DNA from: Lama glama
Lineage: Eukaryota
Reading direction: 5' to 3'
Assembly (NCBI GenBank): GCA_028534125.1
Contig: CM052816.1
Span: forward strand, 83,516,001 to 83,580,000
DNA: 64,000 nucleotides
Positions within the stretch are counted from its first letter, which is position 1. Each line of letters starts with the position of its first letter. The translations under genes and the position numbers were made by a program. The notes below the pieces were generated by a model. That model had not been told where the DNA came from and ran no database searches. It worked only from the letters and a program-made list of their open reading frames with translations. This document shows, one piece after another, positions 1-12,100 of the stretch.

Positions 1-3000
1 GGTATATTGTTCTTTTGCAATGTCTGAAAAGAAGTTTATAGTTCAGAGAAAGCAAATTTATAGCTTTAAGAGGAATATCAAAGGCTTAAAAGGTTACAGA
101 CAATATTTGCTATTAGAGGGCAATGGAAATGTTGGAAAAGACACTGTGCTCTCTACTTAATAAAGCACAGAGAAGGAATCTGCTCTCAGTCAGGTCCTTC
201 AGTGATGGAGGGGAGATGCCCTGAGCTAGGATGAGCTACACCTGAGGGTTTGGTTCGGGCAAAACTGGCCTCATGGAAGCAGCAGGCAGGTCATAGGCTT
301 ACCTGACAGCATCTGTTTCCTGGATAAGAGTGTTTCTTCTTGATTCTTGGATTTAAAGCCTGAGAATCAGGCAGGGGGGATGACTTCACCTTTTGTCCCT
401 TCCAGTCTAAGCTAGCCACCTCTTCCATTTCTTTAACCGTTATTTCCCATGAAAAACCCCTGCTGTCCTCTTTGCGACACCCTCAATGATTTCCTGCTTT
501 GATTAAGGACGCAAAAATGCTCTGCTGTATTCTCAAGTCAAGAGAAGAAAACTAGGGGAAAAAAAACCAAGTATATTTTCTTCTTACTCTATTCTTTTCT
601 TTTTAAAAACAGTGACTTATTTTCTCTGAGAAAGTCAAAAAGGCATACGAGACAGTGATATAAAGTTTGTTAAATTTAATTCTAAATCCCATGTAACCTT
701 CAACTGTCTGAAACAGAAAAGCCAGAGGATGCCAAGGGACTTTGCCCTAAAAATAGTAACCCAAGGGCTATCAAGAGAGGGTCCAGGCAGCGGGCCTTCA
801 TTCAATGACATTTATGTTCTCTAATGCTGCTTCTGCTCATAGAATGAGACACTTCTAGCTATTTAAAGTCTTCTCCAGTTGCTCAGCTTAAACTGAGTCA
901 TTACACTTCCCATGTGACTCTGCAGATGCAGCTCTTTGGGTCTTAAAGTAAGAGCACAGCAACTTTTTCTTTCCTTTCCTCTTAGGAATGACCTAGCTTC
1001 CTGTATTGCAGCTACATTGGAGAGCTCTGGTCTGGATAATTCTACATAGAAAGCATCCTCAGCCTTCTATTCTTTCAAACTAGGTCACTATCAATTACTT
1101 CAAAGGTTAAATACCCCTGAATCATGTAGGTGAGAGTGAAACAACTTCCAGTTGTTTTTTTTTTTTCTGCATTGAGATGAGCTGAAACTGAGACCTAACT
1201 GTATTAACTATGCTAAAGTAACTTTTATGGCTTGTGCTGACATAATCTTTCAAGACGTCTTATATTGTGATTCCACAGACTGAATAGAACAGAAACCTAC
1301 CTCCACAGATATAATTCATATGTATATTCCTTGTTTGTGATGTTAGCCTTTAGATTTCTCTTTCTTCTACTGCCTTACTCTCCCTAAAGTGAGAAGATTC
1401 CAATCACGACTACCACACACTGACCACATCTTTATTCCAGGGGTCTGTATCTGTTGAGTGGTAACCCAAGCTGAGTGAAAAGCTTAGCGGGCAAATGAAA
1501 GTCTTAAAGGTGACTTTGAAGAAGAACCTGATAAATATGCAAAGCATCATGTACTCAGTCTCCCTGTTGGAACACTTGTTAGAAGTAATGATAAAGGAAA
1601 GGAACAAGCTTACTATTTTAGCATAGATATAGTAGGTCTGAAAAATATAAATGTAAGTTATTTTACTTTAAAAGTATTATTTTACCCTTGTTGTTAATAT
1701 AAAGATTTCTTATCTGTAACCAATTGATGCAAATTCACCAATACATTTTTGTAAAGCAGCTTGGAAATAATAAGAATATTTAAGATGCTATTAAAGTTGT
1801 CCAAAGTGAAAGGTATAAAAGATTACAAGTTTCTCTATTATTTCATTAATTACAAGGCATAGAAGCAAAATCACCACCTGTGAGTGCTCCTAATATTATG
1901 CTAATAAAACAATTAAAATATTAATGGAAACAAAATTCTAAATGAAGCTGTGATTTCTTTGAATTATTATCATAGTATAATATTTAGTTTCTTTATTGAG
2001 TGTTTAACAGCCTTATAAAACTCCACAAATTGGAACTTCCAATAACCATAAAAACTGGAGGAGTTAGATAATGCCTAAGCACATCTCTATCAAATCATAA
2101 AGAATTTAAACAGGTTAATGTGGAAAAATGTGTAGTAATAACTTTGTCTCCACATACGTCTCTCATATTCCTAGCACGAGACGCAAATATACTTAATATA
2201 TAATTCTAAAGAGCCCTTTGCTAAAAATCATGGTGACAATGTTTCTCATTTACTGTGACAGAAGACAGTTTTACATTTAAGCTTATATTTTATGTACATT
2301 TTAAACCTATAACTCACAAGATGGTCCTGAAAACATCTTTATTGCATTTTAAGATATAGAATAACTAGGTTAAATGTCCATTTCTTCGATCAACACATTT
2401 CGAGCTGTGTAACACTTCTTGATGGGACAAATTTTCAATTATTTTGCAACAGTTAAGGCTTATAGAGAGGTATGATTACTTTCCATTGTATATCTCTTTA
2501 TTCCAACCTAAGAAAATATGATAAGCTAGATTTTCCGAATTTTGTTACATTATACTTTTCCCAATTTCTGGGTACCTTTCCATTTTACAAGTATTTCCCC
2601 ACACTTAGACGTTGCTTTAGGTGCAGAGCTTCCAATACAAGTAGTTAAAGATTAACAGCTATAATAACTGAAGAAATAAATCTGAAATAATGCAATTTCA
2701 ATAAACTTAATATACAATAAATAGAGGATAAAAAGGGAAGTCATGTGTACATGTTCGTGTATATGTCTGCATGCACATATTTGAGCCTTTGATTTTAAGG
2801 CAGAAGGCTATTCCATTGTCTTTCCATGCTAGAACCCTACGTTTCATTGTACCTGTTCTACATGTTTATGACTGTGGTCTTGTTTACCGTATGAAGTTCC
2901 ATAATATTATCCTTTTTTGACTGATTAAGGATAAAGAAGAAATAAGCAAAGTATACCTAATATTTTAACTGATAGAATTCAGGTATACCAATCACAAGAG

Positions 3001-3371
3001 CAGATTTAAAAGAACATACTAGAGCATCCTAGAAGTCAGAATTAACTTAGAAAATCCAAACAATTGGGTCAGTCTAGCTATAATTTTCCAGTATGAGAAA
3101 TGAGTTGTAAACTTATGGTTGTTGTATTTGGCCAAGACATTTTTGGTTTGTGTTACAAAAATAGAAGTTAAGATTTATTTTCATATCTAAAACTATGACA
3201 CAAAGCTTATTAATATATTGAAGGAAAATATGTAGATACAGTCATGATTTTAATTAAGAAAAAGGAAAGCAGATTAAAAAGTGTAGCAGTGTATCTCTTG
3301 ACCTCTTTTCATAATGCATACTTTCAGATATATACCTATGATGTGTTCACTTTACCAAGATTACTTTTTCC

Positions 3372-3849
3372 TGTTGTAAACAAGAACAAAGAGCATTGCT
3401 CACCACCCATTTCTACAAGGATTAAGTTGTAACCCACTAAGGTCACTGACAGACAGTACACTCTGAGAGGAAATTAGGATGCTGACAGAATGAGACATTC
3501 TGTGCTTTAGACAAGCAATCCCTTAGATAGTTAGATGTATATCTCAGGAAGAATTTTAATGAACTGAGATTCTTACATCTCTTCCCATACCTAGAAAAAC
3601 ACTAAAATCATTAAATTGAAATATTTGTGCTTTGTGACTAGCAGTAATCTCTTACCAAGAGATATACTTCATTGCATGTAGGGAATACCTAGACAAAAAT
3701 TATTTAAAAACTGGCTTCTCCCCTACCTCTTTGGAGCAATTTATACAGAGCAACTGAGTGGCTGTCTCCTGGGCTATAGTCTTCAGTAAGATCTTGAATA
3801 AAACTTAAACCCTTAATTCTCATGTTGTTTGTTTTTCTTTAAGTCAACA
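3372..3849 (+). mobile_element. ERV1-type solo LTR
   Basis: Starts TGTTG (3372) and ends CAACA (3849), a terminal inverted repeat. AATAAA at 3797-3802, ~50 nt before the end, is followed by a T/G-rich tract. Length ~480 bp. No clean TSD. Confidence 0.75.
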
Positions 3850-4467
3850 CTGTAATTAAATTTATGTTCACTTTCAAAGATAAACATAAATCTGGACACC
3901 AGTTAGAGCAACAGGGACAGATTTTATTCAATAATAACCATTGTAATAGGGGAGAGAGTCCACTGTGAACTGAAATCAGCTTTACCAAAACAAAAGGCAG
4001 GAAAATTTTTAAAGTTTGGGGTGTGCTACGAGAAAGATACCGAAGGTGAAAAGAAAGCTTTGGTCCATGTGACAGGCCATCTGGGTTTTCTAATTGGCAC
4101 TTATGTGGAGGAGAAACAAATTTGGCAGTGGTGCAAGCTGAAACATGACATCCTCCAGTTAAGCTGTTATCCTCCCACAGGGCCAGGAGAGTGAGAATTA
4201 CCTCCCTGAATGTTTGCATTTCAAAGAGACAGCTTTCAAGTCATTGAGGATACAGTTCTGGGTGATAAATTTACATTTCAAAGGTCAAAGGATTTATAAT
4301 TGTAAAAAGTAACTGCTCTAAGGGAACTCAGGGGTTTGCTTATCACCAGGTTTTGGCTGGAACAAACAGTAAACTCTCCTGGGTGCATGGAGCATTCTCA
4401 AGCAAGCATGTTAGGGGCTGTGGGTTATTTTAGGAATATGGCTTTATGCTGGTAGAAGCCATGTTAG

Positions 4468-5938
4468 TGTTAGGGATAGTGAGACCCCTAAATTAGGAGG
4501 CCCACCAAAGCGTGGTTCATTGTGGCTGGCTATAAAAGAATTTGAAGCAAAGGCAGAGAGACAAAGTGAAAAATCTGCTTTATTTCGCAAAAGAGGAAAA
4601 GAAAAGAAAGTGATCAAGCAGAAAGAATGAAAGAAAAGTGCTCAAGCAAGGAAAGGAAGCTCTCGAGCAGGGAACTATCAGTCAAGATGGCCTGTAGACA
4701 CAGCTCCCAATGCAACGCAAGCCACGTGGACTCTTATGGGAGGCTTCCACCATCATGTCTTCCCTCCTGGTGTCCTGGAGCCAACTGCCTTTCTCTTCCA
4801 TTCTTGTATGGGCATTTCCAGTTGTTGTTGTGGCAATCATCAACCGTCATGATGCTGGTGGTTCTGTCACTTAGCATGCTAATATATTACAATGATCATA
4901 TAATGTATAATGAGGTTCAAGGCCCGTCAAATCTTCAGCCATCTTGGGCTTTGCAGGTGTCGACTGAAATGCGCAGCCTAACAGTTGAGAGCTATGTTTT
5001 ATTTTGCTTGAGGACTCGAGCCGGGATGACAGCCTCTCAGATCGCTCTGAGGGACTGCTCCAAAGAGGCAGGGGAGGAGCTAGGGTATATAGGAGCTTTC
5101 AACAAAGACCAGGTAGTTGGAATAATAAAAGATTACTTGGTATCTAAAGAAAACCAGGCATCTCAAGTTAAAGAATTTAGTGCTTTTCTATGTAGGGAGG
5201 AAGCAAACATTTAAGCTCATTGAATTCACTCCTTTGACAAGCACCAACCTATCTAAGGCCAGTATCCTATCCTTTCTTATTCTGAGTCCGCTCAGGGTGC
5301 ACCATTGTGAGTGGCTGCCGAGGCTGGGCTGCAGGCTTGTCTTCACTGGGGGTTAGCGGCAGCCGCTGATGACTTGATGGTTTCAGCATTCTTTGTTTAC
5401 TGATATAATTTGTAATATTTTTCATTCACACAGGTTCTAACAAGCTCTGTTTCTTCTCTTTGCAGCTACCTCCTGAGTCTTAAATAAGAGTAATTGGTTT
5501 CTATTCGAGGGAAGGGCAGGGGTATGATCCTGAGGGCAATGGTCTTCATAACAAAAAGGAAAGTTGCTTTTAATCAGAATGCCGGCAATCTGCTGGATGC
5601 AGTTTTCCCCCCAAAAGCCATCTCAAAGATTCTGCTCAGCCATAAATAAGAGACCGGGTTGGGTGCTTCAGTTCCTGCAGAAGAACTTAAAGGTATTATT
5701 ATGTATATTCCTTGAGCAGAAACCAGGACTTTGCCCCAGGGTTGCACTATTGTTTCTTGATTGCTTCTCCACTGTTTATCCATTCCTTCCCTCCCCTGAT
5801 TAGCAACTGTTTAACTCTGCCCTGTGGAACTCAGGGAGGGGCAAGGAGGCTGAATTAAGTCTACTTCTTTCAAAGAAGAAATGCAGCACAGAAAGGACTT
5901 GTACCAGGGAGGGCCCCATAGGATCCTGCTTAGTATCA
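4468..5938 (-). mobile_element. ~1-kb cetartiodactyl-type ERV1 solo LTR (middle layer), itself interrupted at 4958-5434
   Basis: TG...CA ends (TGTTAGGG at 4468; ...cttagtatCA at 5938). Flanks ttag (4464-4467) and ctag (5939-5942) form a 4-bp TSD with one mismatch. TTTATT at ~4579. The right end gggccccataggatcctgcttagtatca resembles the end of the LTR at 28185-28854. Confidence 0.75.
4958..5430 (-). mobile_element. 473-bp young ERV1 solo LTR (inner layer)
   Basis: TGTCGAC...TTCACA ends with a perfect 4-bp TSD cagg (4954-4957 and 5431-5434). Minus-strand AATAAA at ~4998-5003 and TATA-like gggtatatagg at ~5083-5093. Many CpGs retained. Confidence 0.9.
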
Positions 5939-6057
5939 CTAGAGTTTGGCTAAGTCCTTTGATGAAGCTGTTTGAATGGAATTATTTGCTGAGAGTTCTG
6001 TAGTTCGCATGAGTAAGCAATTTTCTGATTTTTCACTTAGATTCCAATGCATATTAC

Positions 6058-6560
6058 TGTCAACTTACGGAAAAGGGCACACAACAAAAAAGTTGTGAGT
6101 TTAAGTTCTTTTCAGGGTCTTAGAGGACTAAAGCCTCAGAGATAGCCTCTCAGTTAGCTCTGAGAAAACTGCTCTGAAGAGGTAAGGAGAAGCCAGTGTA
6201 CATGCATTTTTTTGGCTAGGAAGTCCTTGAGGATACATTTTGGTATATAATTTCAGATGCATGTGACAAAAGAAAAAAAAGATTACTGCTGATCATAAAG
6301 AACAGATGTCTCAGGTTAATATTTTTAGTGTGTTTCTATGTATGGGAAGATGTAAGAATCTGAGGTCATTTAAATTCTTCCTGAGATACACATCTAACCA
6401 TCTTTGGGGCCTACCTGTTCATGTGCATCTGAAGCACAGAGTGCCTCATCTTGTTTTTGAGGCAAACTCTTCTCAGAGTGCAGCTGTTGGTCAGCGCTGC
6501 AACGGATTCCAACTGAACCCTTGTAGAACTCAGTTAGTGAGCAATGCTCTTTGTCTTAGT
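6058..6560 (-). mobile_element. ERV1 solo LTR related to, but diverged from, the 4958-5430 LTR
   Basis: Starts TGTCAAC. Shares blocks with 4958-5430 (gatagcctctcagttagctctgag vs gacagcctctcagatcgctctgag; tttagtgtgtttctatgta vs tttagtgcttttctatgta). Right end is approximate. Confidence 0.75.
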
Positions 6561-7099
6561 GACCCTAAGTTTTTCTGCATTCACTTTACCCTGGGAATAT
6601 AATGTGCTGCCCAAAGAGTTTAAGTATTTGGTCATTTTGTCAGATTTACTTCCAGATTATATTACTCAATTGATATTCAAAGTGTTTTAAAATGATATTT
6701 GATAACAAACTCCTTATATTGATTAATTTACACTTTACATGAAAATATTCATGTAAACTATTAAAAAATTCCACCAGCAAATGGTGAATTAAAGAAGAAG
6801 TTCCAACATGCACACAAACTGATGAAATTAAATTGATAAACACAACCACAGGCCTATTCTTGGTAATATGCCTGGAGACAGGAAGATCACATGTCCTCCA
6901 TCATGCTTTCCTTTTCCTAAAACAGTAAGAATCTTAACCAGCTAGAAAACGGATGCTATTATTGAAGTTTCCAGAAAAACTACTGGGCAGAAATAAAATG
7001 TTTTGACAGTTGAGCCTTCTTCTGGAGACACGTAATGCCCACAGGCTATGGAGGCAGAAGGCACTTAGGGGTCCCGTTTTCAGGGGCTTCAGCTGGAGA

Positions 7100-7990
7100 C
7101 TGAATATAATCTCATCTCAAGTCCCTTCAGGCTCAGTAGGTGAAGCAGCATAACATATCAAAACTGGGCAAAAAGTGATGCAATTCCCCTGCACTCCAGC
7201 TACAGGTGTTGAGGAAGAGACTGACCTAATCCTGAAGATGAAGAATAACCTGAACTTCAATATCCCTTAACACCCTGCTCCAGACAGAACTTTCTTATGT
7301 CAGAATAAATTAAAGAATTGAAGAAGGGAAAAAAGAAAAGTAGAAGGAGGGAAAGGAGGGAGGGATAGAGGGACAGAGAGATGGAAGGGAGAGAGAGGAA
7401 GAGAAAAAAATATTGTAGACAAACACAAATAATAAATAAACTTGAAGATTCCAAAGACTTCCCCTTTAAACATGTGCTTTATAAAAACTAGGGGAAAAAA
7501 ATCTTGTAAGGAGGACTTCCACGAAATATAGTATAGATTGAAAAGACGACAAAACAAGATAAAAATAGAAATGAATAGGATACAAAAAATATAGCATAAA
7601 AAACATAAAGTACAAAAGTGAAATAATATTTCAAACAATATGGAAGAAAACTTACAGTGTAAAATGTGTAGCAATGCAGGGGGCAAATCTGAGAAGAAAT
7701 CCTACTTTTGAGAAAATAAAGAATGAGAAATAGAGTATATGACATAGAGGTTAGGCAATAATGTTTAATTAATATTACCATTAGATAAAATGAACAGAAG
7801 CTATACTCAAAGAAATAATGGAGGGAAATTTTTTGAGCATGGGAAAAATTAAACCTGTAAAATTAAGACTAATTTTAAAAATACAAATATGTATTTTCAA
7901 GGTCTGTCAGGGAAGAGCAATGAAAATAAATCAATTTTCCTGGAATGCCAGGAAAAGGAAGTATGTTCTGTTTCAATAAATTGTACCCTA
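7100..7990 (+). mobile_element. Highly decayed old L1 (L1M/L1ME 5'/ORF1-like) with a purine-rich low-complexity tract
   Basis: A-rich strand bias and motifs such as tactcaaagaaataatggagggaaattttt that are typical of old L1 ORF1. GA-rich tract at ~7320-7410. Confidence 0.4.
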
Positions 7991-8684
7991 AAGTCCTAAG
8001 TTCTCCAGAGTCTTTTTTTTTTTTTAATGTAGAAAATAGCCTCTTTTAAAATTTTTTCTTTAATTAATGCAGTGGACGTTGTGTTTCTTTAGTTTGAATA
8101 ACAATGGAGGAGGTGTTTGAGGGGAGGCATTTGGAACAATGTGGGGTATAACTGCTGTATGCATGACCTTTCATTAAATTCCATTGTTTGGTCTCATTCC
8201 ACTTCTGCCTAGGAGTTTAGAATTTTATATTGTTGTCATGATTCTTGCTTTTTCTTCAGTTGCAAATTCCATATATTCTTGGTTGCTGATGACTTGTTTC
8301 AAATTTGAGCTGTCAACAGGCTTTCATTTACTTTTTGTGTTTCATTCTTAAAAATAACCTTGAATTTTCTTAACTTCTAAGGGATTTTGTTCTATCTTTC
8401 TAATGAGATCTTGCAAGGAAATGGAGATAAGATAAACATTTAGTTTATTATCCTAAAATTTTCTTGAATTGTTAACTAAAACAGCATACAGATATAATTG
8501 AGGGACAAAGTATAAAAACATAAATCTTTATAACATGGCAGGAAAAGTAAGCAACAGAGCATATGAGAAGGAAAAGGGAGAAAGAGTGGTGGAGAGACAT
8601 GTAAGTGTGCTAGTTGCTTAAACTAACAGTGCTAATCTGGAAATGTTTAAAGTCTTTTGGACAAAAAAAAGACTTTTAAGTGTA

Positions 8685-9153
8685 TGTAAGGAGGAAATTC
8701 TCCTTGAATGTTTTGTATATCTTTTGAGCAAAAGCATTAACAGTTTTTTCGCTCTTGACAATCTTTTCAAGGATGTTGGTATAGTAAGCAACCCTGGAAG
8801 ATAGAGAATGTCTCCCTCTGAGCAGAATTAACTCTCTAGAATAATAAATAGAATAGCTCTCACAGGCACAAAGATTGGCAGGTTTGCTAGTAGCTCCTTA
8901 CGCCTGGTGGGGCTTCCTAATGTCAGAGTTCATCTCCTATAAAGCACCTCTACTGTGTGTGAAAGCATTTTTGGGCCCTCACTGTGTTGCCCTGCAGGAA
9001 TTGGCACTAAGGGAACGGGCAAATATAATGTCTGGGGTTACTCTTATTACTTTAACAAATACATTTTCCTTTGTCTTTGGCAAAGTTATCTATGAATTTG
9101 CTGCAAGAGAATTTATTAATTCACAAGTAAGCTAAAATCCTAGACCCTTCATA
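8685..9153 (+). mobile_element. Ancient ERV1-class solo LTR (subfamily uncertain)
   Basis: TGTAAGGAGG start and an end taaaatcctagacccttcata resembling old eutherian ERV1 LTR termini. More GC-rich than the flanks. Confidence 0.55.
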
Positions 9154-12100
9154 GGGGGTTCTTCACAAAATGTTATTTAAAAATACAACAATCATCAACA
9201 CAACATAATCACATACCAAAAATGTGTAGTGTGGGCAGGAAAGTGTAGATAATAATCTAAATGATTGTATCTCTCAGGAGCAGTCAGTAAATAATATCAT
9301 ATCTATTAATCAACACATAGTATTGCAATCATACTATTAGTGTTAGGGAGGTAACAGCAACAATAACAAAAGACCAAAGGAAGTAATATTTAAACATACT
9401 TGTCTGTGAGAAGTCTTAGATTGGGACAATAAGAGAACAATGTAGTTTCTCATGAGAAGATTTTCCCCCCTTTTTCATGAATTATATGATAACTAAAGCT
9501 GGAAATACAGTCCTTCATAGTATCCTGGTAGAGTAATTTAAAAATAGTTACTATAAGACAGTAATAAACATAGTATGATGTAGGTCTTTTCCTCCGTATA
9601 TTAAGTGCCAGAAAGCAACTGGAGTAACTTATGTAGAATTTAAGAAGAATTAAGAACTCCAAGACAACATAACTAGGATATTCCTTTCTTCATTCTCAGA
9701 TATGAAGAATTCTGTAGCTGTGTTACACATATAGCTTTCTTGAAAGTATTTCTTAGATACTTAGCAAAAGTTAATCAAAACAAAAAACTTCAAGAATGGG
9801 GAACATGTAGTGTAAAAAATCTGACAGGTCACCATAAGAGATTATCAACACACATAATTTGCAACATGTTTGAAGATTCCTTCGGACATCTATTTGCTCA
9901 AAAAACCATACTTAATCTATGCACAAATGATTATGTAAAGAAACGGACATGGTGATAGGGTTCCTTCATAAAGGCAAATTAATTAAAGCTTAGCAAGAAC
10001 TGGTTCACTATGATTTCATATTCCTTAGAAAATTAATAGAGGAGATTGGAGAAATCTCTCCTCAAAGGGTTTGAGAACACATGGAGAACTCTAATTAATA
10101 TTACACTGTTTTAAAGCAAAATTATATTCATATATGTATTCTTTCAAAATCTTTGTATTTTCTACAGTTAAAGCATTACATGTGCATTAATTTAACGAAA
10201 TATGATACAGCAAATAAATATGAGGTCTTTCTGGTTTATAATTTCCATTTTCTTATGGATCACCTTGGGTTAAGCCAGATCCTTAGGTCCTAGGCATTCT
10301 TTATATCTGGCAATATCAATTATCTGGATGTGCAGTACGGAAGTCCTTCATAGAACGCATCACAAATCTTAAAACACCTGATAAGAATTATAGTGTCGTC
10401 CAGTTAAAAACAAAATAGTTTTTGTAAAGTACTCTCGAAATAAAAATCCATGGTGAAATGGAGTATAAGTTTCACACAGAAGACACTTCAATTCCAGAAA
10501 ATAGCAGACAACATTTTCTTCACCTCTCTTTGCTTTCAAAGATAACTGGAGGAAAATCAAGTTATTCATGTCTCCAATTTCTTCCAATTTGGTAGGAAAC
10601 GAAAATATGATTTATTAAATTTGATTTGTGGCAATGTTTAGAATGAGGATTGTGCTCTAGGACATGGGCTTATATTTGTGGAAATCTAAAATTTATTAAA
10701 AATTTAAGGGACATTTTGCTTAAGGGGAAAAATAAATCATGTACTGTCTTTTATTGAACAGTTCATACTTATAAATTAGGTCACATACATGAGGAAATAG
10801 TTTTCCAAAAATATTTTTGTACTTGAATTCCAGTGATCACTGTAATGGCAAGAGAAGCAAGTGTGAGAATAAACTCTGTATTTCAAGATGCCCTAATAAT
10901 TTCCTCAGGGTTGTTGTTCTCCATACTGAGGTACTATGCCACCATAAGATGTTCTATTTCCAAAGCATAGTTCTAAAACTAGTTGATTATGAAAGTCTTT
11001 TTTAAGTGCTTTAAGAAAACACCAAAGTCATATATATGTATGTGTATATATGTATATATCTGCATATATTTATGATTTCAGATTGTTGGGGCAAATTTTT
11101 TGTGTTACATGTATGACTATACCTCTACAGGAGTCAATTCCCCACACTTTATATCGTGATGGCTTAATGAACATTTTTTAAATTGGCATGCTATATGAAA
11201 AAAAAAACTCACCTTTTGTATAGTGAGTATTTAAACAAAATGTTGCTTTTAATAATTTCTCTTAAAAGCTGAACAATCATAAAGTTAGAATTTAACACTG
11301 GTGCTCAGTATAGAATTTTTATTATTCCGTTGTCTATTTGTAGATACTAATAACACCATATGGTCTATTGATGCTAACACCTGTCACCCAGCCAATTATT
11401 GACTAAATCACATGGAATTACCTGAGACATATGGGGTGTTAAAGGAGATATGATTACACATTTATATATGTTTGATTCAAAAATGTTCTTTAATCTAGTA
11501 GAACTTGAAGCAAATATTAAAACAGGGAGTGTTTTTCTCACAGGAAAAAGTATTTCTCACTCCTCTGCATTTATATACTGAATTTTTTTAACAGTTTAGA
11601 TATATATGCAAGACATACAATTTCATTTTATCTATTTGAATACCTTTAGGCATTCAAATATAATCTTGCCACTTGTTGCCCAGGGTAATTTTAATTGGCA
11701 GCAGGAAGAGGATTTTCCATAGAAGTGAAGACTTCTCTTCTTGGAAAAATGCCAGGATTTTTATTTAAATTGCCCCAGTTCCCAAAATTTCCAAGTAAAT
11801 ATCATTGGTTTATGGATGCCTGCATGTTAGGTTACATGGAATTGTTGTATATTTCATCATTCATGGGTCTACATACCAAAGTAGTATTTTCACATTTGCC
11901 ATGTACTTTAATGAGGCAAAAGTATTTAACTACCCTAATGTCCAACTGACAAATAAAAAAAAAAAACTTAAAGTTATCAAATTGCTAGGACTCAAATCTT
12001 ACCTATAATCTAGCTGTATGGAATTCATGAATAATGGTACACACTAGTATAAATTATCTTATGTCACTTATGCTGGCATTACCCTGAAAATAATAGGAAA

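Larger units (their letters stand above)
3872..6010 (-). mobile_element. Older ERV1-type LTR (outer layer of nest), split into 3872-4467 and 5939-~6010 by a younger LTR
   Basis: TTTATT (minus-strand AATAAA) at 3923-3928 lies near the left end. LTR-like sequence runs to ...gaagccatgttag, breaks at 4468, and appears to resume at ctagagtttggctaagtc (5939). Outer ends are approximate. Confidence 0.6.

Noticed and set aside
110..480. GC-richer block that may be an ancient LTR remnant
   Set aside because: Could not recognise termini or family with enough confidence to annotate.
960..1135. Strong polypyrimidine tract and AG at ~984-985 with a possible donor gtgaga near 1131
   Set aside because: No sustained open frame and no other exon to link it to; cannot be supported without RNA data.
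4627..5214. Longest ORF (195 aa, + strand)
   Set aside because: Runs antisense through two different LTRs and across their insertion junction at 4958; no recognisable domain. A chance ORF in GC-richer LTR sequence.
4958..6560. The related LTRs at 4958-5430 and 6058-6560 as the paired LTRs of one deleted provirus
   Set aside because: The first has its own perfect TSD, the two are visibly diverged, and the sequence between them is other LTR sequence without PBS, PPT or gag/pol.
7257..7781. Hydrophobic F/L/I-rich minus-strand ORFs resembling membrane proteins
   Set aside because: Artefacts of A/G-rich low-complexity and old L1 sequence.
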